DNA of 64,000 nucleotides from the human T2T-CHM13v2.0 reference genome, Homo sapiens, in NCBI RefSeq assembly GCF_009914755.1, contig NC_060927.1; one strand, written 5' to 3'. Below are positions 29,052-39,954 of the stretch, one piece after another. The position numbers and the translations under genes were made by a program. Every line of letters starts with the position of its first letter. The first letter of the stretch is position 1. Below the pieces are notes generated by a model that did no database searches, was not told where the DNA came from, and saw nothing but the letters and a program-made list of their open reading frames with translations.

Positions 29052-29199
29052 TTCCTATCTTTTTATATTAATAAGAAAAACAAAACAAAATAGTGGTTAA
29101 GTGTTGGGGCAGCAAAAATTTTTTGGGGTGGTATGTAGAGATAAGGGGCAATGTTTCTCAGGGCTGCTTCAAGCACGATCACGGTGGTGTGGGAATCTA

Positions 29200-30020
29200 G
29201 AGTGGGAGAGATTAAGCTGAAGAAAAATTTTGGGGAAAGGGGTGATATTCTGGGGTTGTTAGAAGGAGCATTTGTCATATAGAATGATGATGGCCTGGAT
29301 GTGGTTTTGTATGAATTGAGAAACTAAACGGAAGACACAAGGTCCAAATAAGAGAAGGAGAAAAACAGGCATTAAAGGATTAAGAATTGGGAGGACACAG
29401 GACATCCAATTAGAGAGTGCCCAAGGGGGTCCAGTGTAATTATTTGCCTGGACAATGAGTTTTGGGGCTCTATTAGGTTGTCATATACCAGGCCAGATTG
29501 ATTTAGGTAAAAACAACACTCTTCATTTAAAATATACAGAGTCCTCCTTTTTTAGCAGTGAGTAAGTTGAGACCTATTCCTGTCTTCTTATATTAATAAG
29601 TAAAATAAAGCAAAATAGAGGTGAAGTGTTGGTGTCATGAGGGGAACAGGAAGCAGTTCGGTCCTATTTGCAAATTGATTTTGGGGGGGTAAAGAAAACT
29701 AGTGTACCTTTGCCTGTCCAATTAATAAGTAGACACATGTAGATGGAGGAGCCACAGAGGAAGAAGAGAACTTTGTAAGGCAAAACTGGAAATGTAAAGG
29801 GAAAAGATGAGAGGGAGCACCAAAAGAGGTGTCTTGCACCCAGACTCAGGGATCTAGTGAGAGCAGCAGCTGTTAGAGGTTGTAATGGGGATTAATGGGG
29901 CTACTGGGTAGAGGGGGAGGTTCAACTTTTATGGTGTATGAGAAAGCGCATAGTGTCTACAAGCAACCTTTCATTGCTATTCATAGGATTGGGTATAAGT
30001 AAACAAGAAGGGGGGGCTAG
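29200..30020 (-). pseudogene. HERV-H env remnant
   Basis: Minus strand from 29574 reads GLNLLTAKKGGLCIF, then after a frameshift LNEECCFYLNQSGLVYDN (second half of the ISD plus CX6CC). Confidence 0.75.
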
Positions 30021-30339
30021 GAGGAGAGTCTGAAGAACAAGGGGAAGGTAGCCAAGGATGGAGTGAAATGTAGGGCAAATGTCTTAAAGGAAATGAGAGG
30101 TTCTAAGAGGAGGGCTAGTGGCTTGTAACCCACATGGAAGAGGTTACGAAAGGATGATAGAATGGAATGAGCCTGTGAGGCTGGAAGGAGGAATTTTCCT
30201 TGGTCCAAGAACCATTTGCCTTGTGTGGGAAGAGTTTGATAGGTGGAAGTTTCAGTGGGAGGGTAGGCGGGAGTGACTGATGAGAAGGAGAAAAACTGGC
30301 CATAAGGGACAGAAGTTGGAATGCTAGCTGCTCCTTTAG

Positions 30340-32467
30340 CTACCTTATCAGCATAAGCTTTGCCCTGAGTGATGGGATCTGATGCCTTTTGATGGCGCTT
30401 GCAGTGAATGACCCTAGCTTCCTTGGAAGTAGAGCAGCTTTAAGAAGAGTTTTTATGAAGAAGGCATTAATAATGGAGGACCCTCGTATAGTGAGGAAAC
30501 TTCTTTCAGGCCATATAACAGAATGGAGGTGGAGAATATGGAAGGCATATTTAGAGTCAGTATAAATACTGACACACAATCCTTTTGCAAGAGTGAGGGC
30601 TCGAGTTAAGGCAATGAGTTCGGCTTGCTGAGAGGGAGTGGAGTGGGGCAGAGTGGTAGCCTCAATGATAGATGTGAAAGATACTATAGCGTAGCCTGCC
30701 TTTGCTGGTGAGTGGTGATTAGGCCTAGTGGAACTGCCATCAATAAACCAAGTGTGATCAGAGTGAGGAACAGGAAAGAAGGAAATATGGGAAAATGGAG
30801 TGAATGCTAGGTGGATCAGAGAGATACAGTCATGGGGATCAGGTGTGGTATCAGGAATAATGTGGGAGGCCAGATTGAAGTCCAGGCCAGGAACAATGGT
30901 AATTGTGGGAGACTCAACAAAGAGTGAGTTCAACTGAAGGAGCCGGGGGAGGGGGAGAGCGGCAGAAAGTATATGCATCAGGTGTGAGGAAGAAAATACA
31001 TTTTGAAAGTTATGAGAACTGTAGAGAGTGAGTTGATCATAGTTTGTGATTTTGAGGGCCTTTAAAAGTATTAAAGCAGTGGCAGCTGCCACACACAGAC
31101 ATGAGAGCCAGCCTAAAACAGTAAGGTCAATCTGTTTAGACAGAAAGGCTGCAGGGCACTGTCCAAGCTCTTGTGTAAGGATTCTGACCACACAGCCTTG
31201 TACTTTGGCTGTGTGTAATGAAAAGGGTTGGGATGAGTTAGGGAGAGCTAGTGTGGGAGTAGCTTCTAGGGCTGTTTTTAAGGAACATAAAGAGGAGTGG
31301 GGAAAGGATTTAGGATCTATGGGGTCAGCTAGGTTTCCTTTTGTGAGTTTATGTAATGGTTTAGTCAGGATGGCAAAACCAGGTATCCAAAGGTGAAAGT
31401 ACCCAACCATGTCTAGGAAGGAAAGGATTTGTTGCTTTGTAGAAGGGATTGGGGTTTGGGAGATTAGCCGGACACAGATCAGGAGGGAGAGCACTTGTAT
31501 TTTTATGAAGAATTATGCCGATAGGTAACGGATGAGGAAGAAATTTGGGCTTTGGAGGGGGATACACGATATTCCCTTGAGAATAGATGTTGGAGGAGCA
31601 GGAGGGTGTCCTGTTGGGAAGATTCATAGGAGGGGCTATAAAGTAGAAGGCCATCAAAATATTGAATAAGGTGACAAGCAGATGGACAGAAAAGTAAATT
31701 ATGAGAAAGGGCTTGACTGAAGTAATGGAGGCTGTCCCTGAAGCCTTGTGGCAGTACAGCCCAGGTAAGTTGCTGAGACTGATGGGTGTCAGGGTCAGTC
31801 CAAGTGTAAGTGAAGAGAGGCTGGGGTGAAGAGTGCAAAGGAATAGTAAAGAAAGCATCTTCAAGATCCAGAACAGAATAATGGGTTGTGGAGGGAGGTA
31901 TTGAGGATAGGAGAGTATATGGGTTTGGCACCACAGAGTGGATAGGCAAGACAATTTGGTTGATAAGCCGAAGATCCTGGACAGGCTTTAGTCCCTTCAA
32001 AGCCTGTTGTGGGATGGGATACTGGCATTGAGCAGGATAAGGGTAATTAGGTTTTAATGGGATGGTAGGGTTGCGTGATCGGTCACCAAGGAGGGAGTAG
32101 AGGTATCCCATACTTGTGGGTTAAGATAGGGAGTCAGGAGGGGAGGTTGTGAAGGAGGCTTTGAACTGGGGAAAAGGGTGGCAATGAGGTGTGGCTGTAG
32201 CCCAGGAATAGTCAGGGAAGCAGATAATTTAGTTAAAATGTCTCAATTTAATAAGGGAGCTGGGCAGGTGGGAATAACTAAAAAGGAGTGCATAAAAGAA
32301 TGTTGTCCAAGTTGGCACCAGAGTTGGGGAGTTTTAAGAGGTTTAGCAGCCTGACCATCAATAACCACAACAGTTATGGAGGCAAGGGAAACAGGCCCTT
32401 GAAAGGAAAGTAATATGGAGTGGGTAGCCTCCATATTGATTAAGAAAGGGACAGACTTACCCTCCAC
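30340..32467 (-). pseudogene. HERV-H pro-pol remnants (protease, RT, RNase H; integrase largely deleted)
   Basis: Protease-like FLINMEATHS. RT motifs VQDLRLIN, SVLDLEDAFF, WAVLPQGFRDS, with YFDG in place of YxDD. RNase H motifs WFIDGSS, QQAELIAL, IYTDSKY. Frameshifted. Confidence 0.9.
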
Positions 32468-33120
32468 TGTAAGAGTTACCCAAAGTGTCTGTGATGATCC
32501 AGGAGGCTTCTGAGGTGATCAGGCAGTGTCAGTCTTCAGCTGCTAAGCTGAGAAGATCTGGGAAGGAGTCAGTCAGAGAGCCCTGGGCCAGAGTTCCAGG
32601 GGCTCTGGGAGTGGCTGACGGGCAAGTTGGACAGTCCGATTTCCAATGCGGTCCCACACAGATGGGATACAGTTTAGGAGGAATCCTGGCCTGTAGGCAT
32701 TCCTTGGCCCAGTGGCCAGATTTCTAGCACTTGAAGCAAGATCCTGGAGGAATGCCTGACCACAGTGGTTTAGGTGTTTTGAAGTTCTTGTGTGCTGGAG
32801 ATGTGGCTGAGGTTTTTCTCACAGCAGAGGCAAGTAATTGCAACTCAGAAATACATTGCCACTTGGCTGTCTCTTCTCTATTATTGTACACCTTGAAGGT
32901 GAGGTTAATTAAGTCCTGTTGTGGGGTTTGAGGGCCATAATCTAATTTTTGAAGCTTTTTTAATGTTGGGAGTGGATTGGGTAATAAAATGCATATTGAG
33001 AGTAAGACAGCCTTCTGGCCCCTCTGAACCTAGGGCAGTAAAATGTCTAAGAGTTGTTGCCAAAGGGACCATGGACTGGGCTGCGTTTTCATATTTGATG
33101 AAAAAAAAAGAGCCTAAATG

Positions 33121-33789
33121 CTAACTAATTTGGGAGAGGTCAGATAAAGTAAAAGGAACATTAATCTTGACTATGCCTTCAGCTCTTGCCACCTCTCTAA
33201 GAGGAAATTGTTGGGCAAGTGGAGGAGTGCTAGTCGTGGAATGAAACCATAAGCTGGACTGGGTGTGAGGAGGGGAGGTGATAGAAGGATTACAGCGTAG
33301 GGGAGTAGAGGCTGAGGAAGAATTGGGACCTGGCTCAGCCTGGTGAGGAGTGGCCTGGTGAGGAGCAGCCTGGGGAGGAGGAGAGAGGTTAGATGGGTTC
33401 GTAGAAAAGAAGGATTCAAAGGACTCGGAGCTTGGTGAGGAGACTGAAGGAACAGACAGGAGAGAAAGAAGAAAGATTTGGGACAAGTCACATTGGGAGC
33501 AGAGACTAGGAAGGGAGTGATGTGTAAAGAATGCCTGGACATCAGGCACCTCAGACCATTTGCCCATTTTATGACAAAAATTATCTAAGTCTTGTAGGGT
33601 GGAGAAATCGAAAGTGCCATTTTCTGGCCATTTGGAACAATTATCGAGTTTGTATTGGGGCCAAATGGTGTTGCAGAAGAAAATAAGATGCTTAGGTTTT
33701 AGGTCAGGTGAGAGTTGAAGAGGTTTTAGGTTTTTTAGAACACAGGCTAAGGCAGAAGAAGGAGGAATGGAGGGTGGAAGGCTGCCCAT
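33121..33789 (-). pseudogene. HERV-H gag remnant (MA and proline-rich region)
   Basis: MGSLPPSIPPSSALACVLKNL...LIFFCNTIWPQYKLDN..WPENGTFDF...FPLREV, a typical gammaretrovirus-like HERV-H gag; truncated. Confidence 0.85.
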
Positions 33790-34294
33790 AATAAAAAGGT
33801 AAGTTTAGAGAAAAGAGAGGATAGAGACACAGAGAGAGGGGGTGGTGGTACTCATCAGCCAGGGGAGGTGGTACTTGCCACCAAGGTGATGGATCAAGGC
33901 AGTCATCCCCACGGTGATCAGACACCTCTGAAATGTGGGTGAATAATCAGGCAGGTGTCCCTGCAGTGATTAGACACCAAGGGGAGACTGTCTTCCCGAG
34001 TCCGTGACCGGTGCTGGAGTTTTGAGTTCACAGATAAAACACATCTCCTCTGTCTCTACCAGAAAGGGAAAGGAACTGAAATTAAGGAAGGGAGAGATTG
34101 AAGGGTGGAGAGATAGCAAGAGAGTTGGAAAAGAGAATAAAAAGAGGCCACTTACTCAATTTAAAATTGGTGAGATGTTCCTTGGGCTGATCTGAGGACC
34201 CAAGGTTGTAGGTGGATCTCCTCACGGAATGAGGGTGAGGACAGGGGACTGGTCTCCAGAAGGAGTTCCCGAGTCCTGGATCTTCAGCACCAAA

Positions 34295-34734
34295 TGTCAT
34301 GTGCATCCATGTGAAGAGAGTTCACCAACAGGCTTTGTGTTATCAATAAAGCTTTTTAATCACCTTGGTGCAGGTGGGCTGAGTCTGAAAAAGGAGTCAG
34401 CAAAGGGAGATAGGGGTGGGTCAGTTTTATAAGATTTGGGTAGGTAGTGGAAAGTTACAGTTAGAGGTGGTTATCTCTTGAGGGCAGAGGTGGGGGTCAC
34501 AAGGTGCTGGGTGGGGAAATCCTGAGACTTATCATCCAGGGAAGGAGTGTCACAAGGTCGATTGATCAGTTGGGGTGGGGCAGGAACAAATCGCATGGTG
34601 GAATGTCATCAGTTAAGGCAGGAACTCACTATTTCACTTCTTTTGTGGTTCTTCAGTTGCTTCAGGCCATCTGGATGTACACGTGAAGGTTACGGGGATA
34701 TATGATGGCTTAGCTTGGGCTCAGAGGCCTGACA
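34295..34734 (-). repeat. HERV-H 5' LTR (LTR7 family)
   Basis: Begins TGTCAGGCCTCTGAGCCCAAGCTAAGCC on the - strand, has TATAAAA near 34430, and is followed by the PBS at 34274-34292. Confidence 0.9.
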
Positions 34735-35640
34735 CTAACCTCCTGCAGAAGCCACAAAAGGTTATTACACATAAACCATGGTTTCCACAGGCAGGCACTC
34801 TTGATGTGGAAAATTGGGATACAGCAGGATTAAAACAAGCTCATCAAAAAGGTCTTAAAGTTGATTCTTCAGTTTTCTCCACTTGGAGTTTAGTTCATAC
34901 TGTACTTCTGCCATTATCTCCTTATTATTCTGCGGAACAGCAGGCTGAATCTAAAAATTGGAAAGAATTTGTTGTCCTACTCACAGCTCCAATTGAATAT
35001 AAAAAACAGGAGAGGGAGGATAAAAATTGGCCTATACCGCCTCCTCCAGATGCAGAAACATCTGTACCATCTCCTTCAGTGGCAGAAATAGAGATCCCAG
35101 TACAAAGAATTTTATGCTCTGCTGTCATAGCTGGAGAGCCCTTAGGACCTTGTGCTTTTCCTATTTCTGTAAGGCCTGATCCACATAATCCACAGCAGTT
35201 TATTCATGAACACTCTCCACTAGAATTTAAGTTGTTGAAGGAATTAAAAACTAGTGTGGTCAATAATGGAGTACAAAGCCAATGGTTCCTGGAGGAAGGA
35301 ATGCTAGACATAGAACTTTGGGAGCAAGTGGGGAGAAATCTTAAACAACACCAGGCACAAAGGCATCAGGTCCCAGTAAAATCTTTTATGTTAGGGGCTT
35401 TGAGTAGAGCAGCCCTGGTTGTTACACACAAAAGAGCCTAAAAAGGGAAAGGAGGAGGAAATGTCACCTGCCTTATCACCTCCCCTTCCCTCAGTGCCAA
35501 TATCACTGGGCCAAAATAACAAAGAGGAAATGGAGGTCTTACCTAAGCTTCCTCCTCCAATAGATAGGAAGAAGGACAGAGGATACGCTACAGCTATCAG
35601 TCCCTGTCTTAAGCAGGCAGCATTAGAAGGAGAGCTCTTA

Positions 35641-35938
35641 GCCGGGTGCAGTGGCTCATGCCTATAATCCCAGCACTTTGGGAGGCCGAGGCAGGCAGAT
35701 CATGAGGTCAGGAGATCCAGACCATCCTAGCTAACATGGTGAAACCCCGTCTCCACTAAAAATACAAAAAATTAGCCAGGCATGTTGGTGGGCACCTGTA
35801 GCCCCAGCTACTTGGGAGGCTGAGGCAGGAGAATGGCATGAACCCAGGAGGTGGAGCTTGGAGCTTTCAGTGACCTGAGATTGCACCACTGCACTACAGC
35901 CTGGGCAACAGAGCAAGACTCCATCTAAAAAAAGAAGA
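35641..35938 (+). mobile_element. AluY-like inserted in HML-3-like gag
   Basis: Perfect 16-bp TSD AGAAGGAGAGCTCTTA (35625-35640 / 35939-35954). Confidence 0.92.
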
Positions 35939-36556
35939 AGAAGGAGAGCTCTTAACCTGCTCAGTAATGCAAAATCGGCAAGGCAATCAGGTGTATGTTT
36001 ATAAAAAGATAAGAAAAAGGCATTAGAAGCCAAAACCACGTGGCCAAGCAGGCAGTGGGCAGGAGAAAATGCTCAGAGGCAGAAAAGCTCACAGCGACAA
36101 AGCCAACAAGGTCTGCCCAGGACGGCAGCATCCCTCTGGCAAAGGAGCAAGGGAGCAGCACAGACACAGGCAAAGCCTAAACAAGTACAATGTGGCCACC
36201 TCCCAGGACCTGCACCACTGCCCTCTGGCTCTGTGGGCAGCCCATTGCAAAATTTCATGTGTTACATCTCAGGCTATGATTCTCTGCTAAGATGTAAGTA
36301 AAATGTAAGAATTTGAAAAGCATCTTTTCTAATAATGGCCACTATTGTCATCTCTCTCCTATCCCTGATGTAGCTTTCCAAATTCAATTTAAGTAAAACA
36401 GTAACCTTTGAAGGGAAAGAGATTACAGAGGGCCCATGAATTAGTTGAAGAGTAATTAAAAGCTAGGCATGTAAAACCACACATTACGCTTTAAAGAAGA
36501 AATTTAAACCTAATTAAATGATATTTGTTAAATTAGAAGGTAAAAATGTTGTGCCC

Positions 36557-37066
36557 TGTTGGGAACAGGCCCCCAAATCTGGCCATAAACTGGCCCCAAA
36601 ACAGGCCATAAACAAAATCTCTGCAGCACCATGACATGTTTGTGATGGCCATGATGCCCACCTTGAAGGTTGTTGGTTTACTGGAATGAGGGCAAGGAAC
36701 ACCTGGCCCACCCAGGGCAGAAAATTGCTTAAAGGCATTCCCAAACCACTAATGATAGCATGAGCAATCTGTGCCTTAAGGACATGTTCCTGCTGCAGAC
36801 AGCTAGCCAGAGCCCATCCCTTTGTTTTGGCCCATCCCTTTGTTTCCCATAAGGAATGCTTTCAGTTAATCTATGATCTATAGAAATGATGCTTATCACT
36901 GGCTTGCTGTCAATAAATATGGGAGTAAAACTCTGTTCAGGGCTTTCAGCTCAGAAAGCCATAAGCCCCCTGATTTCCCACTTCCCACCCTTTATTTCTG
37001 TGTGTGTGTCTTGAATTCCTCTAGCGCCTCTGGGTTATGGTCTCCACAACCACGCTGGTCTTGGCA
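36557..37066 (+). mobile_element. MER9 solo LTR (HERV-K HML-3 LTR)
   Basis: TGTTGGGAACAGGCCCCCAAATCTGGCC...GGTCTTGGCA with a perfect 6-bp TSD GTGCCC (36551-36556 / 37067-37072). Confidence 0.9.
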
Positions 37067-38626
37067 GTGCCCTTCTCAGAAAGTGAAAAAGAGTTGTATG
37101 TAAGTGTAGTGAAAACATAAGCATGAATCACTGTCTTAACCCACTGATTAGATAGTCTTTGATTTGTACTTGCTAAAAGAGTCCTAAATTGAGTTCCTCA
37201 GCTAGTGAGTCACTGTTTTCAAGACTGTTTGCCAGATTGAAGTCCATAAACTTGGTCAGCCCGAAAACTCAATTACAAGATCTAAGCTATTCTGCCTGTG
37301 GCTTTAAGCACATGGTTAAAGTATATTATTTAAGTCTCTCCTTCTAGATATGCTTTCAGATTTTCTTTTTAAACTTCTTGTTACTTATTTCAGCTTTCCA
37401 TATTGATAATTAATGCAGTCAATTGCTCAGTTATGACTGTGATATCATCAGGATTCCTTTAAGTAAAAGGCAATTCAAAGCGGTATTGCACTCCCCCATA
37501 CCTAATGCTTTAACACTGTTTACTGATGGGTCTGGTAAACATGGAAAAGCTGCAGTCTAGTAGAGACCACATAATTCAATCACTCGATCTGAGTTCACTA
37601 GCACTCAGAGAGCTAAGGTTACTCTGTTTATTTATTAAAGAATTTTTACAACCTTAAGCTCACTCTGGACTTTCCAGCCTTATGTGGCAAATGTAGCCAT
37701 CAATTTATGGGGTCAAGACTTACTTACAGCATGGGATATGAGGCTTACAAATGAGACTTTGATAACCCAGGATTTTAAATGTTGAAGAACACGGGATATC
37801 AGAGTGAAAAAGGTTTAGGGAAAATTCTGACAAGGGAAAATTCTAACCTGATATCAATAACTGGAAAGACAGGTTAAACCCTGCAAGGGGATACATTGAC
37901 ATTTTTTCTTCCTCACTTGCTCTTTTCTGCTGTCTGAATATGGGCATGAGGGCAAGAGTCATTTTAGACCACCAAGTGACCTTGAGGATAGAAGCCTTGT
38001 ACTAGAGGTGGTGGGAAAGAAAAAACAGAAGGACTCATAAAGAAAAAAATAATAAACCTCAGTATTAAGATGGAAAAATTCCCCCAATTGGTCTATAGGT
38101 TGAACTTCATCTCTATTAAATTTCAGCTATGTTTTTGCAGAATTTGATATGCTGATCATAAAATTTATATGAAAATGCAAGAGACACAGAATAGTCAAAA
38201 CTTTGAAAAGAAGAAAGTTGGAGGACTTACACTTGTTGATTTTAAGGCTTTTTACAAAGCTATAATAATCAAGACAATGTGTTACTGACATAATGATAGA
38301 CATATTGATCAATATAGACAATGGATGAATGGAGTAGAATTGACAGTCTAGAAATAAAACCTTATATATATGGTCAATTTATTTCTTTATGTATTCTGTC
38401 ATCCAGAATATATAAAGAACACCTTCAACTCAATAACAACAATACCAACAAGGGTGCCAAGACCAATCAATGGAGGAAATAATAGTCTTTTCAAGAAATT
38501 TTGCTGAGACAACTAAATATTTATATGCAAAATAATGAGTTTGAATGGCTACCATATACAAAAATTAACTCAAATGGACTATATTAGGTCAGTGCAACAG
38601 TAATTGCAGTTTACCACCATTACTTG

Positions 38627-38921
38627 TTTTTTTTTTTTGGTTTTTTTTTTTGAGACAGAGTCTTGCTCTGTCACCCAGACCAGAGTGCAGTGGCATGATC
38701 TCAGCTCACTGCAAGCTCCACTTCCTGAGTTCACGCCATTCTCCTTCCTCAGCCTCCTGAGTAGCTGGTACTACAGGCATCTGGGTAATTTTTTTGTATT
38801 TTTAGTGGAGATGGAGTTTCACCATGTTAGCCAGGATGGTCTCAATCTCTTGACCTCGTGATCTGCCCACCTCAGCCTCCCAAAGTGCTGGGATTACAGG
38901 CATGAGCCACCACGCCTGGCC
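38627..38921 (-). mobile_element. Alu (AluY-like)
   Basis: Antisense Alu, TSD accattactt. Confidence 0.88.
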
Positions 38922-39566
38922 TACCATTACTTTTAATGGCAAAAATGCAGTTACTTTTGCACCACCCTAATAGAACTAAATGTAAGAGCTAAAACTACAA
39001 AACTGTTAGAAGAAAGCATAGGAGCAAATCTTAATGACATGAGAGTTGGCAATTGTTTTTTAGATATGACACCAAAAGCATCAAGGACAAAAGAAAAAAA
39101 TGGATAAATTGGACTTCCTCCAAATTAAGAGAACTTTTGTCCTGCAAGCAATACTATTAAGAAAGTGAAAAGACAAGTCACAAAATGGGAGAACATTTTT
39201 GCACATAATATATTTAATAATAGGCTGACATCCAGAATACATAAATACCTACAACTCAATACCAAAAAGACAGCCCAATTTAAAAATGGGCCAAGGATAT
39301 GAATAAACATTTCTCTAAAGAAGATACAAAAATGGTCAATATGCACATGAAAAGATGCTCAATATCAATATCTATTAGGAAAATACAAATTAAAACACAA
39401 AATATAAAACACAAGATATCAATTTACACTCACCAGGATGGCTGTTATCAAAAAGACAGATAACAAGTATTGGCAAGGATTTGGGGAAATTGTAACCTTC
39501 ATACATTGCTGGTAGGAATATAAAATTTGCAGCAGGTTTGGAAAACAGTTTAGCAGTTTCTCAAAA

Positions 39567-39695
39567 AGCCTGGGCATGGTGGCTCATGCCTACAATCCCA
39601 GTGCTTTAGGGAGCTGAGGTGAGAGGATTGCTTGAGCCCAGGAGTTGGAGACCAGCCTGAGTAACACAGTGAGACCTCTTTTCTACCAAAAAGAA
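39567..39695 (+). mobile_element. Alu monomer (FLAM-like)
   Basis: Single left-arm-like unit. Confidence 0.7.
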
Positions 39696-39954
39696 GAGAG
39701 TTAAACATAGGGTACCATATAAGCCAGCAATCCATCTCCTAGATATGTACCCAAGAAAGTTGAAAACATATACTGACACAAAAACTTACATATGAATCTT
39801 CATATTAGCCTTATAATAATAGCCAAAAAGTAGAAACAACCCAAATACCCATCAACTAATTAAAATATGGTGTATCTATACATATTATTTGGCCATAAAA
39901 GGAAGTACTGATACATGTCATAACACAAATGAACCTTGGAAGCACTATGATCTC

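Larger units (their letters stand above)
28613..34734 (-). mobile_element. HERV-H provirus (LTR7-type LTRs, defective gag-pro-pol-env with deletions)
   Basis: Two ~440 bp LTRs (28613-29051 and 34295-34734) and a perfect 5-bp TSD CTAAC (28608-28612 / 34735-34739). Minus-strand HERV-H gag, pro, RT and RNase H ORFs plus an env TM remnant. Confidence 0.95.
28254..37872 (+). mobile_element. Betaretrovirus-like (HERV-K, HML-6/HML-3 mosaic) internal sequence, interrupted by HERV-H, Alu and MER9; no 3' LTR
   Basis: The MA start KNLSIKEKHYVQLLKVVL (~28520-28580) resumes after HERV-H as PWFPQAGTLDVENWD. Second MA WFLEEGMLDIELWEQVGRNLKQH at 35283+. Pol 5' fragment ~36326-36479; RNase H LFTDGSGKHGKAAV ~37500-37560; protease end/G-patch NLWGQDLL...GYQSEKGLGK at 37669-37872. 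Confidence 0.8.

Noticed and set aside
30340-31494. 384-aa HERV-H pol ORF as a functional enzyme
   Set aside because: Separated from the RT core by frameshifts; YxDD is mutated to YFDG and the integrase is deleted.
36557-37066. MER9 as the 3' LTR of the chimeric provirus
   Set aside because: It has its own perfect 6-bp TSD and retroviral internal sequence continues beyond it, so it is a secondary solo-LTR insertion.
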